Source: a virus (lineage: Duplodnaviria > Caudoviricetes). Taken from it: a stretch of 54,986 nt of DNA. Of this stretch, positions 28,200 to 37,918 are shown piece after piece. Within the stretch, counting starts at the first letter, position 1, and each line of letters starts with the position of its first letter. The notes beneath the pieces were generated by a model, which was given only the letters and a program-made list of their open reading frames with translations, was not told the DNA's origin and did no database searches. The position numbers were made by a program, and so were the translations under genes. The stretch lies in IMG/VR virus record IMGVR_UViG_3300037246_001629, positions 1 to 54,986 of that record; one strand, 5' to 3'.

Positions 28200-28475
28200 T
28201 CGGGTGCATCTATGTCTTTCTATATTCGGTCGGCCTAAGCCCATCCAATCCTGCCCGTGTGTAGATATCCGCTGAGCGAATACCTGACAGGATATTATCG
28301 TTAACCGACTTCCGTAAAAGCCAATTCGGTCCAACATAGTTAACAGCACCCTTCAGAGGGCATCGTAAATGGGAATATTATAAAAGAGACCAATCCATAA
28401 TAATATTCCCGACACAGGATACAGCCATTAATAGCCGCTTGCCTATGTATCATTGGTTCGTAAACCAAGCAGATA
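28200..28475 (-). ncRNA. Candidate multi-stem structured RNA (~270 nt)
   Basis: GC-richer non-coding island with at least six stems and three UACG-type loops, followed by a T-rich tract on the minus strand. Confidence 0.55.
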
Positions 28476-28482
28476 TATTATC

Positions 28483-28725
28483 TTACTTGAAGATATATAA
28501 AAATATAATTAAACTAAATTGGAATATTGAAAAAATTGATACTAGTTTCAGTATCCGATTCATAGATCTTATTTTATTATCCTGGACAAGCAGCGTATCA
28601 GTCAGATATTTAATGCTATCATTCATCAGATTTGTGGTCTCAATATTACCCGCACTAAATTCATTATAATTTGCTAGTAATTTAGCATACTCCTCCTGTG
28701 TAACATAAGGGCTGAAATTACTCAT
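28483..28725 (-). CDS. Small C-terminally anchored membrane protein
   Basis: LVSIFSIFQFSLIIFLYIF. Confidence 0.55.
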   Translation of the reverse strand: MSNFSPYVTQEEYAKLLANYNEFSAGNIETTNLMNDSIKYLTDTLLVQDNKIRSMNRILKLVSIFSIFQFSLIIFLYIFK

Positions 28726-29552
28726 AACCGCACCACCGAGGGTTGATCGCTCTCCTCCTTAACGCCCTTCATGATCTCTGTGATAATCGCATCTGATTCA
28801 GTAGTATCCTCACTGGAATTATCAAGTAATGCTGTTACCTCAGCCATTTTACCAGGTGTTGTCTCAACTATCAGCTTTGCAAGATACTCGATTTTACTCT
28901 GCTGTTCATCGATTGTCTCGGTTGCAGCTTGCGTATGAAGCGTACCCCACTGAGTAATATTATCTGTGATCATATCGCGTAGCTTACCTGCTTTCTTATC
29001 AGTGATAGATGCATATAGACCACGCATTTTGTAATCATCCTCTGTTTCAGGTCTCAATACTTTACCAACGAATGTGCGGTATATACTCAGTTCATTGATA
29101 AATACGTATTTGGATGCATGTAGTAATAATTCCATCCAATCTTCAGTTTCTGGACCTCCGATCAGCGTCAGTTCATCCTGGATATGCCCTAGTAAATCAT
29201 ATCCTTCAGGATCCTTACCACCTTTCATTTTAGCAAGATCATTAGAATCGCCTATCTGTTTTGCAGTCTTTGTAACTTTCTTGATATGCTTCTTTTTGAT
29301 ATCCTTTCCCATGGATCCCGATGCAATGCGTTCCTTTAATCCACTCTCTTTCTTCTGTAATCTCCTACGCATATTATGCATAGCCTCGGTTGTAGTTCCG
29401 AGTATCTTTGCAACAACGATGTTAGAATGCGTTTTCTTGTTAAATCTCCAATTATAGAATAATTCCTTACCTTCTGGTTTTTTCTTGAATGAATTATCGC
29501 TTCTCAGCGTATTAAATTCCAATTCGACAAGTGCAGCGGTTAGCTCTGTCAT
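28722..29552 (-). CDS. HTH plus helical protein; candidate terminase small subunit
   Basis: SNIVVAKILGTTTEAMHNMRRRL HTH then helical/coiled region; no TerS next to TerL. Confidence 0.35.
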   Translation of the reverse strand: MTELTAALVELEFNTLRSDNSFKKKPEGKELFYNWRFNKKTHSNIVVAKILGTTTEAMHNMRRRLQKKESGLKERIASGSMGKDIKKKHIKKVTKTAKQIGDSNDLAKMKGGKDPEGYDLLGHIQDELTLIGGPETEDWMELLLHASKYVFINELSIYRTFVGKVLRPETEDDYKMRGLYASITDKKAGKLRDMITDNITQWGTLHTQAATETIDEQQSKIEYLAKLIVETTPGKMAEVTALLDNSSEDTTESDAIITEIMKGVKEESDQPSVVRL

Positions 29553-29578
29553 ATAATGTATCCTCTAACACTAACATT

Positions 29579-29857
29579 CTAACTAGTGTTAGTGTTAGTA
29601 TCTAATGTTATTATGTCAGTTAATTTATAAGGACAATTTCCAAGTTCATGATCTGATAGGTATTTCAATTCTGGTTTATCACATTTCTTACAGATGAAAA
29701 TATTATCATCAATACCCTGCAGACATAGAACTACCACGCGTGAGATTTTCCTTAATTTCTTATTACAGATATAGCATTCCTTATGATTGGGATTGTATGC
29801 GATATCGAGAACCCTGATCCAGTTGATACTGTTCATTACATACACCTCGCACTGCAT
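29579..29857 (-). CDS. Zinc-finger protein
   Basis: CYIC...CKKC. Confidence 0.55.
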   Translation of the reverse strand: MQCEVYVMNSINWIRVLDIAYNPNHKECYICNKKLRKISRVVVLCLQGIDDNIFICKKCDKPELKYLSDHELGNCPYKLTDIITLDTNTNTS

Positions 29858-30186
29858 TTATGCCAATCACCTTTGAAATGTCCACATCTGGAATCACCAT
29901 GTTTATGAAATGTAATATTCCATAGTCTGATCAACCATAATTTTAGGATATTCAATTCAAAGAACTCCTTTTATACTTGCGGGCTTTAATACAATCATCC
30001 CATTCACATTCTAAAGTTGTTCTATCTTCTCCTGTGGCATCATAATCAGTCCAATCAAGACGACCACAATGTTTACAATAATATCTTTTCATCTGTTAAT
30101 ACTCCAGATAAATAAGACTAGATAAATAAGATCAATTATAATCAATAAAATAACAAGAGCATTTATTATTGATATGATTTTATTAC

Positions 30187-30381
30187 TCATTTATCACTCA
30201 CCTTCTTAAATCCCTTCACAATATCCTCCAGAAGTTCTATTATCTTTTCCTTCTCGATATATAGTTCTAGATCTTTAAATGTGATATCACCCATACCAAT
30301 CTCTTTGATTATAATCTTCTGATCATCTATATCCAATATAACAGAATGAAGTCCTAATTTAATTTGTTTCACAGAAGTCAT
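30187..30381 (-). CDS. Hypothetical protein
   Basis: 64-aa coupled ORF. Confidence 0.55.
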   Translation of the reverse strand: MTSVKQIKLGLHSVILDIDDQKIIIKEIGMGDITFKDLELYIEKEKIIELLEDIVKGFKKVSDK

Positions 30382-30761
30382 ACAGGGTAACGCTCCTTTT
30401 CAGCTTTATCATATACTGAAGAGAATAATTTCTTGGCCCGTTCACTTACCTCAAAATTCGCTTTTTCCAGACTGGATACTGATCTGAATGATTTGATTGG
30501 TGTCGGTTCTTCCAGGACCTTTATTCGTTTGTATAACAGCGTAACTAGTTCATGCCATCCGAAACCACCTCTATGTTTAAAATCCTCAAAGTTCACGCCA
30601 TCATGCTCCTTGTAATATTCTTCAAAGGCAACTTTTGCTATTTCCTCAGCAATATACTGTTTCTTATGTTTTCCCTCACTGCTATGTACTGGATACTTGC
30701 GAGGTAGTTTCCAGATATCATTCCATTTTATTACCATAATGATAACATCCATAATGCACAT
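30378..30761 (-). CDS. Hypothetical protein
   Basis: AFEEY...RGGFGWHEL motif; coupled ORF. Confidence 0.6.
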   Translation of the reverse strand: MCIMDVIIMVIKWNDIWKLPRKYPVHSSEGKHKKQYIAEEIAKVAFEEYYKEHDGVNFEDFKHRGGFGWHELVTLLYKRIKVLEEPTPIKSFRSVSSLEKANFEVSERAKKLFSSVYDKAEKERYPV

Positions 30762-31561
30762 ACAGCAAATATAATGAGTGCAATCATATCGCCTAGTATA
30801 CCCCTTTTTCCTTTTTCAGGAATTTGATCGCTTGCATCCTGCCCACTTTCACCCCACTTGAATCCTATTTTATTACCATCACTGTACAGTTGTAAATCAT
30901 CACTTGCACCTGCATAGAAACCTCTTCTGAATTTCGTTCCCTTTCTACAAAAACATGAATCTTTACATTGACCCATATGCCCCTTTAAAGCACGTGTCCG
31001 TTGTGATTTTGGAGGTTTACCTTTACTGAAGTTCTTTATTTTATTGCCGTCATCCATAGCCAGCATTCTAGTTGATGTATCCAATTCGAAAAGTTTCTCA
31101 GTATCAGTAAGCATTGGATCATCGGGCATATATTGCATATCTTTAGGAGTATCATGTAATTGAGGCCATGGATCACCAAGTAAAATAGGTACAGTATCAA
31201 ATCCACCATCTTTAAGACCATGTTTAAATCTAGATTTGTATGATTCCTTAAGGAGTGGCCCAATACCAAATGGACTATTTTTTCTCAATTCTGCCATTTG
31301 TTCAGCTATTTTGTTTAATCTATCAATTTCACCATAAACAATCCCACAACTAGCACAGTTCCATTCCTTAGTATGGTATTGTGCTGGTAAATCCTTACAG
31401 CAGTAATCATATTTATCATTAGTCTGCTGATGATCGCAATGATCTCTTTGACAGACAATACACCTACGTCTAGGAGTAACAGGTATTTCTAGCTTCAGTC
31501 CACATTCAGTACACCAATTACTATCGGCATCATTGGATTGACCACAACCAGGACACCTCAT
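30731..31561 (-). CDS. Multi-zinc-ribbon protein with C-terminal TM anchor
   Basis: CPGC...CTECG, further CxxC pairs, hydrophobic C-terminus. Confidence 0.65.
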   Translation of the reverse strand: MRCPGCGQSNDADSNWCTECGLKLEIPVTPRRRCIVCQRDHCDHQQTNDKYDYCCKDLPAQYHTKEWNCASCGIVYGEIDRLNKIAEQMAELRKNSPFGIGPLLKESYKSRFKHGLKDGGFDTVPILLGDPWPQLHDTPKDMQYMPDDPMLTDTEKLFELDTSTRMLAMDDGNKIKNFSKGKPPKSQRTRALKGHMGQCKDSCFCRKGTKFRRGFYAGASDDLQLYSDGNKIGFKWGESGQDASDQIPEKGKRGILGDMIALIIFAVCALWMLSLW

Positions 31562-31881
31562 TTTAACAGACTTCCCTGCATAATAATTCTCCTAATAAAT
31601 GCTGTGAGAGTTATTGTTGTATCTCTAATACTGATATCTGTTATCAATCTCTGTGCAGCATTTGACATTATTGTACTTATTACTAGTTTTTGATGATCAT
31701 ACCATGGTAAATTAAATACAAGTGATAATTGAAAAGTCTCAAGATCAAAATTACGCCATTCATGCTCGATAATTTCAAAATCAAGTAATTTGTATTCATA
31801 TTCTACTTTCTCATAGAATGCTTGCAATACGTCATCTATCCTCATTAATTTTATTTCTTCAATTGTTTTTTCTTCATTCAT
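31558..31881 (-). CDS. Hypothetical protein
   Basis: 107-aa coupled ORF. Confidence 0.55.
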   Translation of the reverse strand: MNEEKTIEEIKLMRIDDVLQAFYEKVEYEYKLLDFEIIEHEWRNFDLETFQLSLVFNLPWYDHQKLVISTIMSNAAQRLITDISIRDTTITLTAFIRRIIMQGSLLK

Positions 31882-32074
31882 CTTTCATCAGCTCCTTCTC
31901 CACATACTCATTGCCTGTATCAGACAACACCAATCTATTCTTATCAATGTCAATCTTCATCATACCCATTTTTATTAATCCATCAATAGCCTCATCCAAT
32001 TCTTTATCACTCTTTCCACTTGGCATGAATTTCATTATTTCCTTATAATTATCAAAACTCTTTAATTTTTTCAT
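31874..32074 (-). CDS. Small winged-helix-like protein
   Basis: LDEAIDGLIKMGMM...LVLSDTG. Confidence 0.5.
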   Translation of the reverse strand: MKKLKSFDNYKEIMKFMPSGKSDKELDEAIDGLIKMGMMKIDIDKNRLVLSDTGNEYVEKELMKDE

Positions 32075-32075
32075 C

Positions 32076-32378
32076 TTAAGGATCCTCCTTTCCTATGAAT
32101 ACCTTCGCGTATTCTGGCCACCATCTTTCTTTAGTAACATCGCTCATCACGCTTGTATCATCTGTAAAATGATCATGAGCACACGGTTCGCAGAAATAAA
32201 TAGTACAGTATAAACATCGTATCATTCTACTAATCAATCTCTTTGAACCACAAGGACAAGTAATAAATACTTTTAATAATCCTACTTCGTTAACTTCTTT
32301 TGATTGATTCACAATCTTCTGCAATATTTCAAGTCTATCCATTTTTAGCATTCTCCTCCAATTTTTTATAAAAATCAT
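32076..32378 (-). CDS. B-box-like zinc-finger protein
   Basis: CPCG...CLYC..YFCEPCAHDH. Confidence 0.55.
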   Translation of the reverse strand: MIFIKNWRRMLKMDRLEILQKIVNQSKEVNEVGLLKVFITCPCGSKRLISRMIRCLYCTIYFCEPCAHDHFTDDTSVMSDVTKERWWPEYAKVFIGKEDP

Positions 32379-32853
32379 CTCTTATTTTGGATTTATATTC
32401 ATCGAATCCTTCTATATAGGACCATTCAGCTTTTACTAGCTGATGCCCTCCTTCATCATCGCCGAAAACTTCTTCGCCTTTATGATTTCCATCACAATTT
32501 ATGTTCTCACATTCAATCTCAGTATCTTCTATGGGAAACACAAATTTACATTTATTATCTGTTTTGGTGCATTCTTCAAAATCTATCACTGTACATACAT
32601 TGAAACAATATGAACACTGAGTAATATGAGAAATTTCCATAGATGCTTCTTTTTTACAGCAATTACAGAGTTTCTTCTTTGTCATATTGATGGTTTCATA
32701 ACTTATGATTATTGCCACTCCTTCAGGTAAGATTGCTCCAAGATTATCCATGATATCTTCTTTTTGATATGCACCAACTCTATGTATTGTCAAAGCGAGT
32801 AAATCTCCTGATTTCAGGTTTTCTTTTTGTATTTTTTTAATTAAACTATCCAT
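32335..32853 (-). CDS. Cys-rich hypothetical protein
   Basis: GGAGA RBS; several CxxC. Confidence 0.6.
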   Translation of the reverse strand: MDSLIKKIQKENLKSGDLLALTIHRVGAYQKEDIMDNLGAILPEGVAIIISYETINMTKKKLCNCCKKEASMEISHITQCSYCFNVCTVIDFEECTKTDNKCKFVFPIEDTEIECENINCDGNHKGEEVFGDDEGGHQLVKAEWSYIEGFDEYKSKIRDDFYKKLEENAKNG

Positions 32854-32979
32854 TTTTCTGTGTCTCCTTTAACATTGTTCTTAGAGGTTTGTTCTTCTTT
32901 GAACATCTCCAACATTCTTTATTCCATCTGTTTTTATTATGAGTCCTGCAAGAAGGACATAAATTAATTCTAGTCATAT

Positions 32980-33405
32980 TTACCATCTCCAATAAATTAT
33001 GGGGATATCCTTATTATAAGGCATGATATTTTCTAATAAATTTTTCCACCATTTTTTCACATCATACAAATGCACATTAATAATAATTATCATATCAGGT
33101 TTTAAAAGTCCAATTAAACTTTTGTGATAAGTAAAATAAGTCATTCTAATTTTTTTTGCAAACCATAAAGAACTTATAATTGACTCTCTTGAACGTCGTA
33201 TGGGTTTACCAAATCTTTCAGCCCAGATTTTAAACAAATCATGTGAAAATGGAGAACTATCAACATAAGGACCTATGAAAAATATCCTTTTTGTATGTGC
33301 TGTGATTAATTCATCTAATCCTAGTAATTGATCTTGGTATGTTGTTAAAACACCCAAATTTTTAGGTGGTGTTACTTTAGTATAAACTTTAATGTCTTTA
33401 TTCAT
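32980..33405 (-). CDS. Hypothetical protein
   Basis: 141-aa coupled ORF. Confidence 0.55.
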   Translation of the reverse strand: MNKDIKVYTKVTPPKNLGVLTTYQDQLLGLDELITAHTKRIFFIGPYVDSSPFSHDLFKIWAERFGKPIRRSRESIISSLWFAKKIRMTYFTYHKSLIGLLKPDMIIIINVHLYDVKKWWKNLLENIMPYNKDIPIIYWRW

Positions 33406-33655
33406 TTTTATTCCTCACGTATTTTCTCCACACTCTGTTCAGCTTAGAAAGGCTCATCCAGTAATTTTTGTGAACAAATAGTGTGTATTCATTTTCCATT
33501 CTCTGATTCTCATGGTCCACAGGCATAGTATATTTACGCAGTGGATATTCTTCAAAGGGCCTATATATAATACACATATCGCCATACATCGCTATTAATC
33601 GTAATGCAAAACAAACGATCAAAAAGAATGCAAAAACTAGCCATTTAAATATCAT
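33398..33655 (-). CDS. Small protein with N-terminal TM/signal
   Basis: WLVFAFFLIVCFAL. Confidence 0.55.
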   Translation of the reverse strand: MIFKWLVFAFFLIVCFALRLIAMYGDMCIIYRPFEEYPLRKYTMPVDHENQRMENEYTLFVHKNYWMSLSKLNRVWRKYVRNKNE

Positions 33656-34115
33656 CAGTAGTATTCCTCATCAGTATATCTCTGAGATTTGTATCATTCA
33701 TTAAATTATACAATATAGGCTCTTTATATTTTCTTCTATAATAAATCCTGATAACTGGAATTCTATATTTCCAAGCCATCTTTGACCAAAAAGGAACGAG
33801 GATTAATCCTGCTTTCAATATAGTATCTTTTTTAGCTTTCAATATAGTATCTACTATTTTATTCTTCTTATGGACATATAACTCTTTGAATCTTGTATCA
33901 TATTTTGTATCAGAACTAACTGGAGTATCAGTATTGGGGAGTGCTGTATTCACTTCTAAATCCGCTTTGTAAGGTGTCCAAGCTTTCTTACAGGTAAAAC
34001 ATACAGCATAATGAAATCCGCTATCACAAAATGCACTATGGCCTAATTCCTCACATTTATCTATCATTTCATAAACCATATCGGATCCATTGTCAACATA
34101 TATCAATTCAATCAT
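33645..34115 (-). CDS. Hypothetical protein with Zn-binding motif
   Basis: C...H...CFTC. Confidence 0.55.
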   Translation of the reverse strand: MIELIYVDNGSDMVYEMIDKCEELGHSAFCDSGFHYAVCFTCKKAWTPYKADLEVNTALPNTDTPVSSDTKYDTRFKELYVHKKNKIVDTILKAKKDTILKAGLILVPFWSKMAWKYRIPVIRIYYRRKYKEPILYNLMNDTNLRDILMRNTTDDI

Positions 34116-34484
34116 CTATATCTCAACTACCTCGAACTGTTTAGCATTATTTTTTGTTGTGAAATAATATTTGTCATCAATTAATCTAAAAAATAATCTT
34201 CTCCTGTTAGACCATGTATAGGACCGTGTGCTTATCATCAATGTATTACCGATATTATGATTACCCTTGATCTTGAATCCATTAACATCATTTCCTGATG
34301 ATGATTCATAATCAATATCCACTAGATATGTTTTCTTTTTTATTCTCAGCCATACCTGCCATAATCCCTTACCATATTGATTAAGAGGATTTTTGACTAT
34401 GTACATATACAGGATCCTTACTCTTGCATCAGTCTCATTGGTTGAGGGGTTGAGTTTATTATAGTATAATCTTTTTTCTACCAT
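34116..34484 (-). CDS. Hypothetical protein
   Basis: 122 aa, GAGG RBS. Confidence 0.55.
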   Translation of the reverse strand: MVEKRLYYNKLNPSTNETDARVRILYMYIVKNPLNQYGKGLWQVWLRIKKKTYLVDIDYESSSGNDVNGFKIKGNHNIGNTLMISTRSYTWSNRRRLFFRLIDDKYYFTTKNNAKQFEVVEI

Positions 34485-34490
34485 GGATCC

Positions 34491-35711
34491 TCATTCCTTT
34501 GGTAGTAGTTTTATGCATTCTTTGCACATAGGTAGATTGGATATTTCCCATTCTCCAGAACTGTATGTGTGAAACTGTATGTGTGAAACTCGTACCTCAC
34601 ATAATTTTTTGTAATTAATAGGTAATTGTGAATTTCCTATTTCGCCTATTCCACCACCTGATGCTAGTTCAACTATGAAATGGCTTTCTAATGGGGCAGG
34701 TTCTTTATTCTTTCCAATTATTAATAGATGAGCTACACGGTAAGTCATTGGTTTATCACAGCCAATACATGGATATACATTATTTGGCATTGAATATTTG
34801 CTTGTTAAGGATCCCTCTTCATTCGTTTTTGGATAACATTTATGTTCAGGTTCAGTATCAGGTGATAGTCTTGTACATTCTGTGCAGGGATCCAATCTGG
34901 ATTGCTCCCATTTACCACCTGTATATAGCACATTTTCTTCTATGTCACACAGAAATGCGAAGTTAGAAGGTATTCCAGAATTGTCACCTATTCCACCACC
35001 ACCTGATGCTAATTCCACTGTGAAATGATTTTCAAATGGAGCAGGATCTAATGTGCCTTTCATATTCTTTTCATCTAATAGTATCATAGATGCCATCTGG
35101 AAAGTCATAGGTATATTACAAATAATACATTCAATTTGTTTTTTATTATCTGGAGTTCCATCCTTGTCAATTTTTGGATAACATTTATGAGGTGGAAGAA
35201 CTCCTATATTTTTGCTATGATTATGTTCAGTATCAGCATGTAGTTTACATGATGACTTAATACCTATTGCAGCATCCATAACCATTTTTGTACAGGTACA
35301 TTTTGCATCCGCGGTTGGAAGTAATAAAGTTTCACCACCATCAGCTATTTTCAGATTAGGTTTGGGTATATTATTATCTATCAATTCGATTGCATCAGCG
35401 AATAATTTCTTACCCTCTTCTGTTCTCTTTTTATCTTCCTGAACTGATGTCCAATCATCTGATATTGTATCAACCATTGATGGATGCCATACAGATCTGA
35501 ATGATTCGGAACTATCATACAATATGAATACAGTATTCATTTTTATCTGTGCGTATTCACGTACAGGTGTTGCATGTGCTAAGTATCTGATAACTACCTC
35601 GTCAGCTATCATATATACATATATGGTTTTTCCTACTTGGATTCCATTCCAACCCAATCGATATACCTGCTGTCCTTCTTTCATCTTGCGTAATGCATTA
35701 CTATAATCCAT
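34491..35711 (-). CDS. Tad2/DUF2829-like domain fused to two tandem Cys/His-rich repeats
   Basis: MDYSNALRKMKEGQQVYRLGWNG...WHPSMVDTISDDW; two HKCYPK...PAP.E.HF.VELASGGG...CxEC repeats. Confidence 0.75.
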   Translation of the reverse strand: MDYSNALRKMKEGQQVYRLGWNGIQVGKTIYVYMIADEVVIRYLAHATPVREYAQIKMNTVFILYDSSESFRSVWHPSMVDTISDDWTSVQEDKKRTEEGKKLFADAIELIDNNIPKPNLKIADGGETLLLPTADAKCTCTKMVMDAAIGIKSSCKLHADTEHNHSKNIGVLPPHKCYPKIDKDGTPDNKKQIECIICNIPMTFQMASMILLDEKNMKGTLDPAPFENHFTVELASGGGGIGDNSGIPSNFAFLCDIEENVLYTGGKWEQSRLDPCTECTRLSPDTEPEHKCYPKTNEEGSLTSKYSMPNNVYPCIGCDKPMTYRVAHLLIIGKNKEPAPLESHFIVELASGGGIGEIGNSQLPINYKKLCEVRVSHIQFHTYSSGEWEISNLPMCKECIKLLPKE

Positions 35712-35857
35712 GATAATTATTATATAAAAATTATATATTTATATTTATTTCAACTGAATTGAATTAATCTTACTAAAAAACAGAAAAAATTGAGAGTATC
35801 GCAAAATACTCCGAATTCTGAAATACTCTCACTTATATTATGATACTTATTATATAA

Positions 35858-36256
35858 CTACCCATATTTGATAGTGCTATCATCGCGGAGTACCACTTCA
35901 TACTGTAATTCGCTTAATTCACAGAAGAAACGGATAGGTACACGCTTAGGTAGCGGGAAATTATATTCTATACTGCATTCACCATAACATGCGAATTTTG
36001 TCAGTTCTGAGGTAACATACAGTTCATCATCATAGATCATTATTCCAAGCTTACTATTACATGCATTGCAATTAACCATCATGAATGCATTATGATGCAA
36101 TAACTCTCTGTATACTACCTCACAATCAGGACATATAATCAGATTAAGTGAACTGCGTGGCGATCGCACAGATTGCGAGTATGCAGTCAATTCATTTACC
36201 ATCATCATATATATTAGTTTATAGATTATATTTAATAAACGATTTAAACTACACAT
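35858..36256 (-). CDS. Zinc-ribbon protein
   Basis: CPDC...CNAC; true start probably at the MMM run. Confidence 0.5.
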   Translation of the reverse strand: MCSLNRLLNIIYKLIYMMMVNELTAYSQSVRSPRSSLNLIICPDCEVVYRELLHHNAFMMVNCNACNSKLGIMIYDDELYVTSELTKFACYGECSIEYNFPLPKRVPIRFFCELSELQYEVVLRDDSTIKYG

Positions 36257-36365
36257 GATTCTTTGTTCTACTTTGTAAAAATAAATACTTGTAAAAAATA
36301 TACATTGAGAGAATAATATTTATATAATTTTAATTCTTTAGTATTCTGAGGAGATTCATAAATAC

Positions 36366-36686
36366 ATGAGTGTCAGAAATTTAGAGAAAGAGATCAAGAG
36401 ATTGAAAGGAAAGGTTACTAGCCTTAAAAATGACCTTAAAGGACAACGCAACAGGAATATTGATCTGGATAAGAGAGTCCAGAGCTTTGCAAGGACAGTA
36501 CGCTATCAGAAAGCAATGATCACGCGGATGACTGATCTTGAGAGTATTTTCAGGATTGCCATACTGACCAATTATGGTTTTGATGGATCTATGTACAATG
36601 TCATAGATGGTGTGGAAAAGATTACGCCCCTACAGGATGCAATGCAGATTCCAGTCGATCACAAAATACTGAGGTATAGCAAATGA
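36366..36686 (+). CDS. Coiled-coil protein
   Basis: Heptad pattern, GAGGAG RBS. Confidence 0.65.
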   Translation: MSVRNLEKEIKRLKGKVTSLKNDLKGQRNRNIDLDKRVQSFARTVRYQKAMITRMTDLESIFRIAILTNYGFDGSMYNVIDGVEKITPLQDAMQIPVDHKILRYSK

Positions 36687-36907
36687 CCGAAACATTAGTA
36701 GGTGCTGCAATACAGATGAGGAAGCTTATGGTAACCGTAACAAACAAATCAGCAATTTTAGCAAGCCATAGAACTGATTTAGATATGAGGATTAAGAAAT
36801 TACAATACCGAATATCTAATGAAACTATGACGTCTGAGGGATTAATAGAGTCCCAAGCCTACAGAGATGCATATCTATTCACAAAGAAGGTGCTTGATGA
36901 ATTATGA
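36683..36907 (+). CDS. Hypothetical protein
   Basis: Coupled ORF, GAGG RBS. Confidence 0.55.
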   Translation: MTETLVGAAIQMRKLMVTVTNKSAILASHRTDLDMRIKKLQYRISNETMTSEGLIESQAYRDAYLFTKKVLDEL

Positions 36908-37076
36908 GCGATAGAATAAGAGCATATTGCACTGACTGCAGGATATATTACTCAGAAAAAGATGTCGTGAAGATGGATGAAGAGGAGGGTGATACCACCA
37001 TTGTTTTCAGAATCAAATGCAAAGAATGTAATGTTAATATATTCTGGATGCATAAAGATAAGGAGAATGAGAAAAA

Positions 37077-37721
37077 ATGAGCCTAGGATTTAGAGATCTT
37101 AATAAAGTAACCATTAGTCGCGAAACACGATTGGAACTGGAATTCAGACAACGCAATATAATTCTGAATTTCTTTATGGATAAATCAACATATGGATTAC
37201 AGGATATTCTTACACGATATGCTGAGATGTGTATGTGTGAGGAAGAACCCTGCGAGATATGTAGATTTGTTGAGAATGATGATATCATATCGCTTATAGT
37301 AATGTGGTGTGAATGTGGACATCAGTTCGAATCACATATATCTGGCAACTATGGAAATGGTAGATGTCTCATATGTCATTGCGAGCATTATAATGAATTG
37401 AAAATGGATATTCCATACTGGAGAAGAGAATATGATTTTAGACCACAGGCACTTAATTGCAGAGGATGTAACCTGCTGAATAAAGATACTGTTGCTAGAG
37501 ATACAGGAGATAATTATATCTGTTCAGAATGCAAAGAGAGTAAAAAATGTGAGGTCTGGGAAAAAAGAGATGATTTAACAGAGGAAGAATTAATGATTGT
37601 TGGCCTTCTAAAAACCTATTGTTCTGTATGTATCAGGGAATTCCAGTATGATCCAGATATTGAGGATGGAAAACCTAGCCCATGTTGGAAATGCAAGGAA
37701 AAGATGAGGTTGGATAAATGA
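37077..37721 (+). CDS. Multi-zinc-finger protein
   Basis: Many CxC/CxxC/H motifs. Confidence 0.65.
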   Translation: MSLGFRDLNKVTISRETRLELEFRQRNIILNFFMDKSTYGLQDILTRYAEMCMCEEEPCEICRFVENDDIISLIVMWCECGHQFESHISGNYGNGRCLICHCEHYNELKMDIPYWRREYDFRPQALNCRGCNLLNKDTVARDTGDNYICSECKESKKCEVWEKRDDLTEEELMIVGLLKTYCSVCIREFQYDPDIEDGKPSPCWKCKEKMRLDK

Positions 37722-37918
37722 CTGAACAGATATACAATCTCAGAGAATTACAGGATATCTATGAGGGATACAAGAATGATGGGAGAACACACATATGTCA
37801 GTTATGCGTGAATGATATTTCTAAGAGCAATTGTCCAAGTTTTCAGAGAATAATAGGAAAAGTTGAGGCATTAGAATTATTAATCAGAAATAAAAATGGA
37901 GGCTCGTTAGTATTATGA
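37718..37918 (+). CDS. Small Cys-containing protein
   Basis: HICQLC...C. Confidence 0.55.
   Translation: MTEQIYNLRELQDIYEGYKNDGRTHICQLCVNDISKSNCPSFQRIIGKVEALELLIRNKNGGSLVL

Noticed and set aside
28340-28365. Hammerhead ribozyme core (CUGA) in the structured island
   Set aside because: Reads CUGAAGG, not CUGANGA, and has no correctly placed GAAA partner
33811-33852. 24-nt-period tandem duplication (DTILKAKK DTILKAGL)
   Set aside because: Simple in-frame slippage duplication with no sign of function
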